This document shows, piece by piece, positions 1-8,647 of a stretch of DNA of 64,000 nucleotides. This stretch comes from Roseomonas sp. (lineage in GTDB: Bacteria; Pseudomonadota; Alphaproteobacteria; Acetobacterales; Acetobacteraceae), in contig JADCER010000001.1 of NCBI GenBank assembly GCA_020249925.1, positions 81,953 through 145,952 of the forward strand. Direction: 5' to 3'. The position numbers and the translations under genes are program-made. The notes below the pieces were generated by a model. The model was not told the DNA's origin, did not search any database, and saw nothing but the letters and a program-made list of their open reading frames with translations. Position 1 is the stretch's first letter; each line of letters starts with the position of its first letter.

Positions 1-488
1 CCGGCCGCGCGCGTGGCCGCCAGCATCGGTTCCAGATCGCAAGCCTGGCCATAGATATGCACCGGGATCACGGCGCGCAAAGGCGGCAGGCCGGGCGGCG
101 GATGATCAATCACGCTCAGCAATTCATCCGCATCCATGGTGTAGGTATCGGGGTCAATATCCAGCAACAGCGGCGTCGCGCCAACCATTTCAATCGCGGA
201 GACGGTGGCAACCGCAGTGTGGGACACGGTGGCGACACTCATTCCCGGCCCGATGCCAAGCCCGCGCAGGATCAGCGCGAGCGCATCCGTGCCATTGGCG
301 CAGCCAATTGCGCGGCGCGTGCCAAGCCAGGCCGCGTATTCTTCCTCAAACGCCGCGCCCTCCTTACCCAGGATATACCAACCGCTGGCCAGCGCGCGCG
401 CGACCGCCGCGTCAATTTCGGCCTTCTGGGCGCGATAGCCGGCGCCGGGATCGGCCTGGGGGATCATGGTGATGATGGGCGCATTCAT
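1..488 (-). CDS. DegT/DnrJ/EryC1/StrS-family PLP sugar aminotransferase (N-terminal part; continues beyond window edge)
   Basis: My own translation of the minus strand from the ATG at 488-486 gives MNAPIITMIPQADPGAGYRAQKAEIDAAVARALASGWYILGKEGAAFEEEYAAWLGTRRAIGCANGTDALALILRGLGIGPG... This is the typical N-terminus of the family. It is absent from the ORF track because it is truncated at the window edge. Confidence 0.7.
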   Translation of the reverse strand, partial: MNAPIITMIPQADPGAGYRAQKAEIDAAVARALASGWYILGKEGAAFEEEYAAWLGTRRAIGCANGTDALALILRGLGIGPGMSVATVSHTAVATVSAIEMVGATPLLLDIDPDTYTMDADELLSVIDHPPPGLPPLRAVIPVHIYGQACDLEPMLAATRAA

Positions 489-510
489 GTTGCGGACCTT
501 CAATTGCAGT

Positions 511-1545
511 TCACAGATAATCGGCAAGTCGCTGGCGATACCAGTCAAGGGAAAGCTTCAGCCCCTGATCGAGGTCAATCGCCGGCGCCCAGCCGGTCGC
601 GTGGCGGAAGGCGCGATCATCCGCGGCATAGGAACCGATATCAATCGGCGCCCGATCCGCAGGAAATTCGCGTGTCTCAAAACGACCCTCACCGCCATTG
701 GCGGCGATCAGCTTGGCCGCCAGATCCAGCAGAGAAATTGGCGGGCTGCCGCCGATATTGAACACCTGGCCGGATACCTCGGACTTCCCTGACTGCTCTG
801 CCGCCATCAGAAAGGCGCTGGTGACATCATCCACGTAAGTCAGGTCGCGTAGCTGCGCGCCGCCCCAGACTTCGAAGGGCTCGCTTTCCAACACGCGTCG
901 GATCCAAATGCCCAAAAAAGTCTGGCGCGCATCCCTGATCCGCAGCCTTGGCCCGTAGCAATTGGTGAGGCGCAGAGACACCACCGGGCGATGCAGCACG
1001 CGGTTTTCCAAAAGCCAATATTGCTCGCCCGCCCATTTTGAGACGCCATTGGCATCGGGCGGGTTCACCGGGTGTAATTCATCCACCGGCAGGCTGCGCG
1101 GGCGGCCATAGAATTGCCGGGTGGAGGCATGCACCACAATCGCTTTCGGCGCCGCTTCACGCATCACCCCAATCAGGCGCACCTGTGCCACCGCATTGAT
1201 GGCAATATCTGCAACGGGGTCCTTCTGCCCGCCCATATGGCTTGTCTGCGCCGCCATATTGAACAGCACATCAATGCCTTCACACAACGAATGCAATTCC
1301 GTGTCGCGAATATCGCCGCGCACCAGCAAAACACCCGCCCCTTCAAGATTGCGCGCGGAAGCGCCCCCATCCGGCATCATGGCATCAAGCGCCGTCACAC
1401 GCGCCCCCATGCCGGCCAAGGCGTGACACAGGTTGGACCCCAGGAAGCCCGCCCCCCCGGTCACCAGAACCCGTTTTCCCTGCCAATAGGCCGGCGTCAC
1501 CATGCGCGCATATCCTGAAACCACTTGCTTGATGTCATACCCCAA
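511..1545 (-). CDS. NAD-dependent epimerase/dehydratase (extended SDR, UDP-sugar decarboxylase/epimerase-like)
   Basis: Rossmann motif VLVTGGAGFLGSNLCHAL. The ORF is 344 aa and sits directly upstream of the DegT aminotransferase on the same strand. An alternative start at M15 is possible. Confidence 0.85.
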   Translation of the reverse strand: MGYDIKQVVSGYARMVTPAYWQGKRVLVTGGAGFLGSNLCHALAGMGARVTALDAMMPDGGASARNLEGAGVLLVRGDIRDTELHSLCEGIDVLFNMAAQTSHMGGQKDPVADIAINAVAQVRLIGVMREAAPKAIVVHASTRQFYGRPRSLPVDELHPVNPPDANGVSKWAGEQYWLLENRVLHRPVVSLRLTNCYGPRLRIRDARQTFLGIWIRRVLESEPFEVWGGAQLRDLTYVDDVTSAFLMAAEQSGKSEVSGQVFNIGGSPPISLLDLAAKLIAANGGEGRFETREFPADRAPIDIGSYAADDRAFRHATGWAPAIDLDQGLKLSLDWYRQRLADYL

Positions 1546-1664
1546 TTACGGCGGAATGGCGCCTGTCGCGTGGCGGATTTGCATCCGCTCATCCGCCACG
1601 CGCCAGATTCCCTGTTTTGTCGCATTTTCCGAGCCGCCAACTGTGCCACTTGGCTTGAAAATGC

Positions 1665-2621
1665 TTAATGGCTGGCGGATCGGGGGCGTTTTTCCTCGCC
1701 TTCCGTCATTTGCACGCGGCGGCTCCGCATAATCTCAGCAAAGCCAAACAGCAGCAGGATCTGCCCTGCCAGCACCTGCACCCCGGTCAGCAGCCGGATG
1801 CCATCATCATGCGGTGTCAGATCGCCAAAGCCGACGGTTGCTTGCGTGACCAGGCTGAAATAGAGCGCATCAGGAAAACTGAGCCGGATCGGCCCTCCCG
1901 GCCCATGAAATAGCGGCAGGCGCGAAACCCCATCGGCGATGCGGTAAAAACAGGCAAAGGCAATCACCAGCAGGCTATAGAGCGTCAGGAAGGCAATCAC
2001 CGGCACGGTGATGCGATGGAGCCTTTGCGCCAATTCCTCGGTAACCAGAGTCAAATCGCTCAGCAGCAGCACGACCGGACGGACCGAGGCCGCGACAATC
2101 ACGGCAATGGCCGCCATGGCGGCGACCAAAGCCAGCCCCTGATCAATAGGGGATAGGCGATTGAGCGGCAGGGACAGGCTGAAGCCCCCCACCACCCAAA
2201 CCGGGATCAGCCAGCGGGCCATGCGGGGCAAATGGCCATGATCAAAAGGGGCATCGGCCAGGGCGGCCCGGCGCAGGCTATCCCGCCGCCACCAGACTGA
2301 GCCCAAAAAGGCCAGCACCGGCAGCAAAAAGGCGATGGTATAGGGCAGGGCGGTAGCCTCAGGGAAAGCCGCGCGGCCAATGACCACGAAAAGGCAGGCA
2401 TAAACCGCAAGCCCGGCGCTGGCGCCGAAGCCGAAATGCATGCCTTGTGGAAACAGCAGGTGGAAAAAGCCAATGGCGAGCGCAGCCACCGCAATCAGCA
2501 GCAGCGGCAATAGCGCGCCCTGATCCGCAAGCCCGCCCGCCACCAAAAGGCCAAAGCCAAGGGTCAGGGCGGCAGCGCGTAACCAAGCCCTAGGTGCGCG
2601 CGGGGAAGGGGGCGCGTTCAC
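1665..2621 (-). CDS. Multi-pass membrane protein with C-terminal K+-channel pore (ion transport 2 family)
   Basis: Several hydrophobic helices are followed by the pore-helix/selectivity-filter-like sequence YFSLVTQATVGFGDLTP. The GTG start overlaps the ridA stop (GTGA). Confidence 0.7.
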   Translation of the reverse strand: MNAPPSPRAPRAWLRAAALTLGFGLLVAGGLADQGALLPLLLIAVAALAIGFFHLLFPQGMHFGFGASAGLAVYACLFVVIGRAAFPEATALPYTIAFLLPVLAFLGSVWWRRDSLRRAALADAPFDHGHLPRMARWLIPVWVVGGFSLSLPLNRLSPIDQGLALVAAMAAIAVIVAASVRPVVLLLSDLTLVTEELAQRLHRITVPVIAFLTLYSLLVIAFACFYRIADGVSRLPLFHGPGGPIRLSFPDALYFSLVTQATVGFGDLTPHDDGIRLLTGVQVLAGQILLLFGFAEIMRSRRVQMTEGEEKRPRSASH

Positions 2622-2986
2622 GGCGCCAGGGCGACCCCGGTGATTTCCACCTTCCAGGCCGGGTCAACCAGCGCGGCTTCAATCGTCATGCGCGCGGGCT
2701 TATGCGCGCGGTCCAGCCAGCGATCCCAGGCGCGGTTCATGGCCGGCGCATCGCGGATATCGGCCAGGATGATGGTGGCGGACAGCACGGCGCGCTTATC
2801 CGTACCCGCTTCGGCCAGCAGCGCATCTATCTGTTTCAGGATATCGGCGGTCTGGCCTTCCGCATCCAGGGTCACGTCATCGGCGACCTGGCCGGCAAGC
2901 CAAATCAGGCCGCCGCCGATCACGGCGCCGGAAAGGCGTTCTTCCGGGGCAAGGCGGGTGATGGGCATGGGCGCTTTCCTTTCCAT
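2618..2986 (-). CDS. RidA/YjgF/Endoribonuclease L-PSP family protein
   Basis: 122 aa with the N-terminal pattern ...AVIGGGLIWLAGQV. Size and sequence are typical of RidA-family proteins. Confidence 0.75.
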   Translation of the reverse strand: MERKAPMPITRLAPEERLSGAVIGGGLIWLAGQVADDVTLDAEGQTADILKQIDALLAEAGTDKRAVLSATIILADIRDAPAMNRAWDRWLDRAHKPARMTIEAALVDPAWKVEITGVALAP

Positions 2987-3094
2987 TCAAGCTGATCGGC
3001 GCGGCGGCCGCTGAGGCGTTTTTGGTTCTCAGGATACTCTAGAAGGGATTTGGCATGCCGGAAATGATGGCGCATGCCTTGCTGGGCCTTGCGC

Positions 3095-3365
3095 GACAGG
3101 AACAAAACAAATACAAATAATCCAAGCAACTTAAAATACATCTTATGGTTGTAATTTTATGATCAAGACTCCTTTTTTCTGCGAATTTCTAACCGTGAAT
3201 CTATAGAATCAGTTACTTGACGCTTTTAAAGTTAGAAATAAAAAAACCTTTCTTAAGCTCCAATTTGACTCGAAGTTTTGGCGTTTTCGTCGCCAAATTT
3301 CCCTTGCTTTGCGGAGCACGATTCATATTATTTTAACCCTAGGTTGTATTGATGAGAGGTAGTTC
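3095..3365. other. Strongly AT-rich intergenic island
   Basis: By eye, roughly one third G+C inside a genome that is otherwise around two thirds G+C. It has runs such as ttaaaatacatcttatggttgtaattttatgatc and aagttagaaataaaaaaacc. Confidence 0.8.
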
Positions 3366-3370
3366 GTGTT

Positions 3371-4018
3371 ATGAGTGAAGCCCTGCGTAGCGACCGCAAA
3401 ACCATCCGCCTGGACAATATCGTCCGTGCACGGCTCAAGACCTGGCCACAGCGCCCCCCGGGCGCGACTTCCAGTGCGGGGGCATCCTGGCTGCGCGCCC
3501 GCCCGAGTGAGGGGGAGCCAATTGCCCAGCCCTATCTGAAGGTGCCTGGGTCTGACCGGATGCGCACCATCCCGGATGGGCTTTGGCTGCATTTTGGCGG
3601 CACGCCGGAAGACCCCTATGCGGATATCCTCTGCATCGAAGCCTGCTCCACCTTTCAGAATTTGTTGGATAAGCGCTCCCGCTTCGCGCCTTCCACCACC
3701 TCCTTGCTCGCCTTTTGCCCCTTGCCCTGGCTGCTCGCACCCATTCAGCCGGGGGATGAAACACCGCGCTGGCGCCTGATCCCGGCTTGTGTCGCGGAAC
3801 CCCTGGCGGGCTTGACTCTGCCGGTGCGCGATATCCGCGTGCTCTATGGCCTGCAGCGGGAACATTACACCGGCTTTGCGCGCAACCAGGTGCCCCAGCC
3901 GCATGAGTATTTCTGCCCGATGGAGGCTTTGACCGCGCATGAGGGGCACGAAAACCCCTCCATGCGGTCCCTGATTGCGCGCGCTTCCATGTCCTCGGCC
4001 TTCATGGACCCGCCTTAA
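3371..4018 (+). CDS. Hypothetical protein (orphan, no recognisable family)
   Basis: The 215-aa ORF has a balanced amino-acid composition (D/E/F/Y/W present). The overlapping minus-strand ORF is G/R/A-rich and shadow-like. The stop overlaps the gntK stop convergently (TTAA). Confidence 0.45.
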   Translation: MSEALRSDRKTIRLDNIVRARLKTWPQRPPGATSSAGASWLRARPSEGEPIAQPYLKVPGSDRMRTIPDGLWLHFGGTPEDPYADILCIEACSTFQNLLDKRSRFAPSTTSLLAFCPLPWLLAPIQPGDETPRWRLIPACVAEPLAGLTLPVRDIRVLYGLQREHYTGFARNQVPQPHEYFCPMEALTAHEGHENPSMRSLIARASMSSAFMDPP

Positions 4019-4539
4019 GGCGCTGATATCGCACCGGCGGCGACAAGCTGACCGAGGGCGAACGCCACCACCTCATGCGGGGAGGCCTGCACCGAAACCG
4101 TCACGGCATCGGCCTCCGCACCAGGGTCTTCCAGGGTGGCGAATTGGCTCGCCATCAGGGAAGGCGGCATGAAATGGCCCTGCCGCGCGGCCTGGCGGCT
4201 GGCAATCAGCCCCGCGTCCCCCGCCAAATGCAGAAAAACCAGATCCTTATGCCCGGCGCGCAGCCTGTCCCGATAAGCGCGCCGGAGCGCCGAACAGGCC
4301 ACCACCACGGGCTGTCCTGCTGCCCGTGCCGCTTCGATATGTGCGGCAATTGCATCCAGCCAGGGCCAGCGATCCTCATCCGTCAGTGGCTGGCCCGAGG
4401 CCATTTTCGCGACATTCGCCGCCGGGTGAAAGCCATCCGCATCGGCAAAGGGCCAGCCGAGCGCCTCGGCCAGCAGGGCGCCAATGGTGGATTTGCCCGA
4501 CCCCGATACCCCCATGACGATGATCGCGGCGGCGCGCAT
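4015..4539 (-). CDS. gntK: Gluconokinase
   Basis: P-loop MGVSGSGKSTIG followed by FADADGFHPAANVAKMASGQPLTDEDRWPWL, the signature of the gluconate kinase family. Confidence 0.85.
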   Translation of the reverse strand: MRAAAIIVMGVSGSGKSTIGALLAEALGWPFADADGFHPAANVAKMASGQPLTDEDRWPWLDAIAAHIEAARAAGQPVVVACSALRRAYRDRLRAGHKDLVFLHLAGDAGLIASRQAARQGHFMPPSLMASQFATLEDPGAEADAVTVSVQASPHEVVAFALGQLVAAGAISAP

Positions 4540-4541
4540 GT

Positions 4542-5516
4542 CTATTTGGGCTCGAGGTGTCCGCCAAAGCCATGCCGCATGGCTGAAAGCGCGCGGTCCC
4601 CGAAATTGACCTGATCGCGCGACCGGAAGCGGGCGTAAAGCGCGGCCGTCAGCACAGGTGCGGCGACCGCCGTTTCCACCGCCTGCTGCACCGTCCAGCG
4701 CCCTTCACCGGAATCCCCCACCTTGCCGGAGTATTTCGCAAGATCAGGGTCTTCGGCCAAGGCATTCGCGGTCAGGTCCAATAGCCAGGAGGTAATGACC
4801 GACCCGCGCCGCCAGGCTTCCGTCACATCGGCGATATCCACGCTAAGGCGCTGATCTTCCGGCAATTCAGGGCTATCGGCGTGGCGCAGCAGGTCCAAGC
4901 CTTCAGCCAGTGCCTGCATCATGCCGTATTCAATGCCGTTATGGACCATCTTGACCAGATGTCCCGCGCCGTGATCACCGCAATGAATCCAACCTTCTTC
5001 GATATTTGTGGGCCGTCCTTCACGCCGTGGCGTGGCTGGAATATCGCCCCTTCCAGGCGCCAGCGCGGTGAAAATCGGCGCCAAGCGCGCGACCGGCGCT
5101 GCCTTGCCACCAATCATCAGGCAATAGCCGCGCTTCAGCCCCCAAACCCCGCCCGAGGTGCCGATATCAAGGTAATCAATCCCCCGGGCGCCCAGCACCT
5201 TGGCGCGGCGGATATCATCCTTCCAATGGGTATTGCCGCCATCTATCGCGGTATCGCCGGGGGCGAGCAGCCCGCCCAGTTGTTCCAGCGCGTCTTCCGT
5301 TGGCGCGCCATGCGGCAGCATGACCCAAACCGCGCGCGGCGGGGTCAGGGCCGCGACCAGCCCGGCGAGGTCCGCGACACCCACCGCGCCCTCGGCCGCC
5401 AAGGCGGCCACGGCGGCGGCATCCTTGTCCCAAACCACGGCGCGATGCCCCGCCTGCATCAGGCGGCGCGCGATATTGCCGCCCATGCGGCCCAGACCGA
5501 CAATGCCGATTTCCAT
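4542..5516 (-). CDS. gnd: 6-phosphogluconate dehydrogenase (decarboxylating), short form
   Basis: MEIGIVGLGRMGGNIARRL NAD(P)-binding N-terminus, GHLVKMVHNGIEYGMMQ motif, 324 aa. It lies 2 bp upstream of gntK. Confidence 0.9.
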   Translation of the reverse strand: MEIGIVGLGRMGGNIARRLMQAGHRAVVWDKDAAAVAALAAEGAVGVADLAGLVAALTPPRAVWVMLPHGAPTEDALEQLGGLLAPGDTAIDGGNTHWKDDIRRAKVLGARGIDYLDIGTSGGVWGLKRGYCLMIGGKAAPVARLAPIFTALAPGRGDIPATPRREGRPTNIEEGWIHCGDHGAGHLVKMVHNGIEYGMMQALAEGLDLLRHADSPELPEDQRLSVDIADVTEAWRRGSVITSWLLDLTANALAEDPDLAKYSGKVGDSGEGRWTVQQAVETAVAAPVLTAALYARFRSRDQVNFGDRALSAMRHGFGGHLEPK

Positions 5517-5531
5517 GATTTGCGCCCCCTG

Positions 5532-6653
5532 TCAGACCAAAGCCGCGCGCACGCGACCGATAAAACCATCCATCGCCTTGGGATCGGTCCAGCGCAGCAC
5601 CGCGACAATGCCGCTGCCCGGGTCCACCCAGGTCAGATTACCCCCGGCACCGGAAGCGAAGAAGGCATCCCGCGCGGCAGACGGAAAACGCTCCCCGGAG
5701 GTGTTCAGCCACCATAGAAAGCCATAGGAAGGATTGAGCGCGCAGGCTTCGGTGGACCATTCAAACCATTGTGCCGGCAGGATTTCACTGCCCGCCCAAC
5801 GCCCCCGATTGAGCGCGAGTAGCCCGATCCGCGCCTGATCCTCCGCGTGTATCGCAACGCCCCCGCCCCAATGCGTGCCGCCAGGGACGGATTGCACGCG
5901 CTTCCCATCCTCCAGCGTGACCCAGGAGGTGCGATAGCCATCCCAGCGCCAATCCCGGCTGCCGCCGATCGGGTTCAGGATGCGTTCGGCGAAAACCTCC
6001 GGCAAGGGCCTGCCAAAGCGGCGGAGCAGCGCCAGCGAAAGCCGGTTCACCCGGACATCATTATATTCCCAATGCGTGCCGGGCGCCTGCAATTGCCGCA
6101 TTCCCTTCTTGCCCTGGCCTTCGGCGCCAAGGTCGCGGCCACGGTCAATGGTGTCGGCTTTGCCAAACAGCGTGCCTTCCCATTCCGACATGTTTTGCAG
6201 CAAATGCCGCCAGGTGATCGGGGTGTTTTGGGGCGAATCAAAGCCGCCATCCTTGACGGTCTGCCCGACGCGCTGGTCGAGGTCCGGGATCAGCCCATCG
6301 GCCCAGGCAATGCCGGCCAGCATTGATAGGTAGGATTTGGCGACGCTGAAGGTCTGGCTGACCTCGCGCGTATCGCCCCAACTGGTCACCAGCGCGCCAT
6401 GGCGCGTGATGAGCCCGCCAGGCGCACCGCGTGGGCTGAGCGGGCCCAGCACCTCATTATCGGGCGGCGCTTCGAAAAAGCCGCGGCCGATATGGCCGGC
6501 CAGATCATAGGGCCAGGGGGTTTCATGCGCCGCGGCGAAAGCGACAGCGCTTTGCAATTTCGCGGCATCGAAACCGGCTTCAGCGGCGGTGGTCGCGGGC
6601 CATGCGGCCGGGGCGGGGGCAGGGAAGATCATGCTGGTCATGTGCCGGACCAT
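5532..6653 (-). CDS. Serine hydrolase (beta-lactamase/transpeptidase-like family)
   Basis: SxxK motif (FSVAKSY). I placed the start at the ATG at 6653 (MVRHMTSMIFPAP...). The 509-aa track ORF extends upstream into the dsbA-like gene region and that extension looks non-coding. Confidence 0.7.
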   Translation of the reverse strand: MVRHMTSMIFPAPAPAAWPATTAAEAGFDAAKLQSAVAFAAAHETPWPYDLAGHIGRGFFEAPPDNEVLGPLSPRGAPGGLITRHGALVTSWGDTREVSQTFSVAKSYLSMLAGIAWADGLIPDLDQRVGQTVKDGGFDSPQNTPITWRHLLQNMSEWEGTLFGKADTIDRGRDLGAEGQGKKGMRQLQAPGTHWEYNDVRVNRLSLALLRRFGRPLPEVFAERILNPIGGSRDWRWDGYRTSWVTLEDGKRVQSVPGGTHWGGGVAIHAEDQARIGLLALNRGRWAGSEILPAQWFEWSTEACALNPSYGFLWWLNTSGERFPSAARDAFFASGAGGNLTWVDPGSGIVAVLRWTDPKAMDGFIGRVRAALV

Positions 6654-6744
6654 GCGGCTTTCCGCGCCACTCTCCAAGAGGGGGCGTGCTGGACCGGGGC
6701 GCGGCAAAGCGGCATGGTGGGTTGCCCTTGCAGGAGGTAGCCCC

Positions 6745-7437
6745 ATGGATAGCGCGACTGAAGCCAATGCCGGCACTTTGGATGTGATTTCGGATGCGAT
6801 CTGCCCCTGGTGCTGGATCGGCAAGCGCAATCTGGACGCCGCTTTGGAAATGCTGGCGGAGGAGGGGCTGACGTTCAAGGTCCGTTTCCGGCCCTTCCAA
6901 TTGAACCCCGAAATGCCGGCGGAAGGCGTGGATCGGCGGGAATATCGCAGCGCCAAATTCGGCTCGCTCGAAAAATCCCAGGAATTGGACCGGCGCGTGG
7001 CCGATGCCGGGCGCGTCGCCGGGCTCGATTTTCGCCATGATCTGATGGCGCGCACGCCCAATACCTTGGAAGCGCATCGCCTGATCCGGCTCGCTGGCGC
7101 GGATGGCCGGCAGCGCGCGGTGGCCGAGGCGATTTTCCAGGCCTATTTCCAGGAGGGCAGGGATATTGGCGATGCCGCAACTCTGGCTGGGCTGGGTGCG
7201 GCGGCGGGCATGTCAGCGGAAAGCCTGGCCGCCTTCAGTGCCGGCGATGCCGGGCGGCATGAGGTGCTGGCCGAGGATGAGGGCTATCGCCGTGCGGGGA
7301 TTTCCGGCGTGCCATCCTTTGTGCTGGACCGGCATTTGCTGTTCTCCGGCGCCATGCCGCCGGAGAATATCGCCGATGGGCTGCGCCGGGCGGTGGCGAT
7401 TTTGCGCGAAAGGGCGCGCGAAGCCGCCGCGGAATAG
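6745..7437 (+). CDS. DsbA-family oxidoreductase (FrnE/2-hydroxychromene-2-carboxylate isomerase-like)
   Basis: CPWC thioredoxin-fold motif (DVISDAICPWCWIGKRNL). The ATG at 6745 is preceded by AGGAGG at 6732-6737. Confidence 0.8.
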   Translation: MDSATEANAGTLDVISDAICPWCWIGKRNLDAALEMLAEEGLTFKVRFRPFQLNPEMPAEGVDRREYRSAKFGSLEKSQELDRRVADAGRVAGLDFRHDLMARTPNTLEAHRLIRLAGADGRQRAVAEAIFQAYFQEGRDIGDAATLAGLGAAAGMSAESLAAFSAGDAGRHEVLAEDEGYRRAGISGVPSFVLDRHLLFSGAMPPENIADGLRRAVAILRERAREAAAE

Positions 7438-7705
7438 GGGGCTTCAGCCCCCGCTCAGCCAAAGCGCCATTTCGGCCGCGCCCCAGGCGAGCGCCAGCAA
7501 TAGCGTGAAATCACGCATGGCGCTGCGCGCCGCCTTGAACCCTGCACGGTGCGGCCGAAAGCGCACGCGCACCGGGCGTTGCGGGATGATGAGGGAGGGG
7601 TCTTGGTAAAGGGTGCTGCTCATGGGAAAGATAAGAACAAAACAAGAACATTTTGGCAAGCAAAAAATGACGCGGAGCGCGAAATTTTTTTAACCTATTG
7701 TTTTA
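7438..7705. repeat. Direct repeat copy A (~268 bp), paired with 11632-11899
   Basis: Manual alignment with copy B shows near-identity across the small ORF, its upstream AT-rich leader (gataagaacaaaacaagaac ... ttttttaacctattgtttt) and the GGGGCTTCAGCCCCC hairpin. Confidence 0.85.
7444..7623 (-). CDS. Small (59 aa) putative membrane protein, paralog A
   Basis: MSSTLYQDPSLIIPQRPVRVRFRPHRAGFKAARSAMRDFTLLLALAWGAAEMALWLSGG has a basic N-terminus and one C-terminal hydrophobic helix. The second copy at 11638-11817 differs at 9 nt, of which 6 are synonymous. Confidence 0.55.
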   Translation of the reverse strand: MSSTLYQDPSLIIPQRPVRVRFRPHRAGFKAARSAMRDFTLLLALAWGAAEMALWLSGG

Positions 7706-7784
7706 AATTGAATTTTATGGGTCGCCCGAGACCGCGCCAGGACGCAGGCGTTTCGCAGCATGGATAGAAGTCTTGCAGCATAAA

Positions 7785-7809
7785 GTAAGCAGTGATAACA
7801 CTCGCTTAC
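7785..7809. promoter_or_regulatory. Imperfect palindrome, candidate TetR operator
   Basis: GTAAGCAGTG-ATAA-CACTCGCTTAC lies 14 bp upstream of the TetR ATG. Confidence 0.3.
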
Positions 7810-7822
7810 CCTTCAGGTAGAC

Positions 7823-8455
7823 ATGTCGCACCGAGCGATGACCTCAAAGCCGCAACCCGCCCCCGCGCGAAGCTTCCATCATGGCAATCTCCGCCAGGCG
7901 TTGATTGATGCGGCGCTATGCGCCCCGGACATTGAGCGCCTGTCCCTGCGGCAACTTGCATCCGGTCTTGGCGTCACCGCTGCCGCTGCCTATCGCCACT
8001 TCGCCAACCGAGAGGATTTGTTGTTCGAGGTCGCCAGGATCGGATTTGCTCTCCTGGAACAACGGTTTGCCGGTGCCTTTAACCCCTCTGTCCCGCCTTC
8101 CGATGCCGCGGCAGCGCGTCAAAGGCTGATCCGACTGGGCCAGGCCTATCTTCAATTTGCGGATGATATGCCGGCCTTGTGGCGGCTGATGTTTGGCTCT
8201 CAGGCGGAGGCCTATCGCGATTCGGAGAATCTCCGCGGCGTCCCCAAGAGCTACGAATTTTTGTTGGTGGCGCTCATGGGGCTGCGCCAAAAGGGCGTGA
8301 TCACCGCTGAGCCCAATGAACAGAATGCGCTCTTCGCCTGGAGTGCCATTCACGGGTCGGCAGCCCTAAGGAGCGGGCGGGTCCCGGACGCGCTGATGCC
8401 GGTCCCCGATCTCGCGCTCGTTATCGGTGACCGCATTATTCTTGCGTTGAGATAA
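7823..8455 (+). CDS. TetR/AcrR family transcriptional regulator
   Basis: N-terminal HTH: FHHGNLRQALIDAAL...LSLRQLASGLGVTAAAAYRHFANREDLLFEVA. Confidence 0.85.
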   Translation: MSHRAMTSKPQPAPARSFHHGNLRQALIDAALCAPDIERLSLRQLASGLGVTAAAAYRHFANREDLLFEVARIGFALLEQRFAGAFNPSVPPSDAAAARQRLIRLGQAYLQFADDMPALWRLMFGSQAEAYRDSENLRGVPKSYEFLLVALMGLRQKGVITAEPNEQNALFAWSAIHGSAALRSGRVPDALMPVPDLALVIGDRIILALR

Positions 8456-8647
8456 TCGCTTCCCGTAAACCTCAATTATCCTGTGTCATTCAAGCTGTGG
8501 CTGCCGCCAGTCTGCGCCGAATTCCTTGATGATCGCGCGCAGCGCACCACCCAAGCCGGAGAAGGCACACCGGCTCCCGCGCTTCACAAGGCACACGCAG
8601 ATCGATGCATGCCCCCCTGAGGTGTCCGGCCCGCAGCCCCGCCGCTT

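Noticed and set aside
57-761. 234-aa plus-strand ORF at the window start
   Set aside because: It spans the junction of two minus-strand genes with clear family signatures (DegT aminotransferase and SDR epimerase), and its composition is Arg/Gly/Ala-rich.
2920-3141. 73-aa minus-strand ORF starting in the AT-rich island (MYFKLLGLFVFVLFLSRK...), considered as a small toxin or membrane peptide
   Set aside because: It runs into and overlaps the ridA start region out of frame, it has no SD, and hydrophobic peptides arise easily from T-rich DNA. It cannot be supported from sequence alone.
5532-7061. Full 509-aa extent of the serine-hydrolase ORF
   Set aside because: The N-terminal ~136 residues are low-complexity and overlap the divergent DsbA-like gene and its promoter. 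The homology-like sequence begins at MVRHMTSM (6653).
8456-8647. Possible C-terminal gene fragment (…GGALRAIIKEFGADWRQPQLE) between the TetR and the hydrolase gene
   Set aside because: The upstream part of the frame is implausible (ICVCLVKRGSRC) and has no start. The evidence is insufficient.
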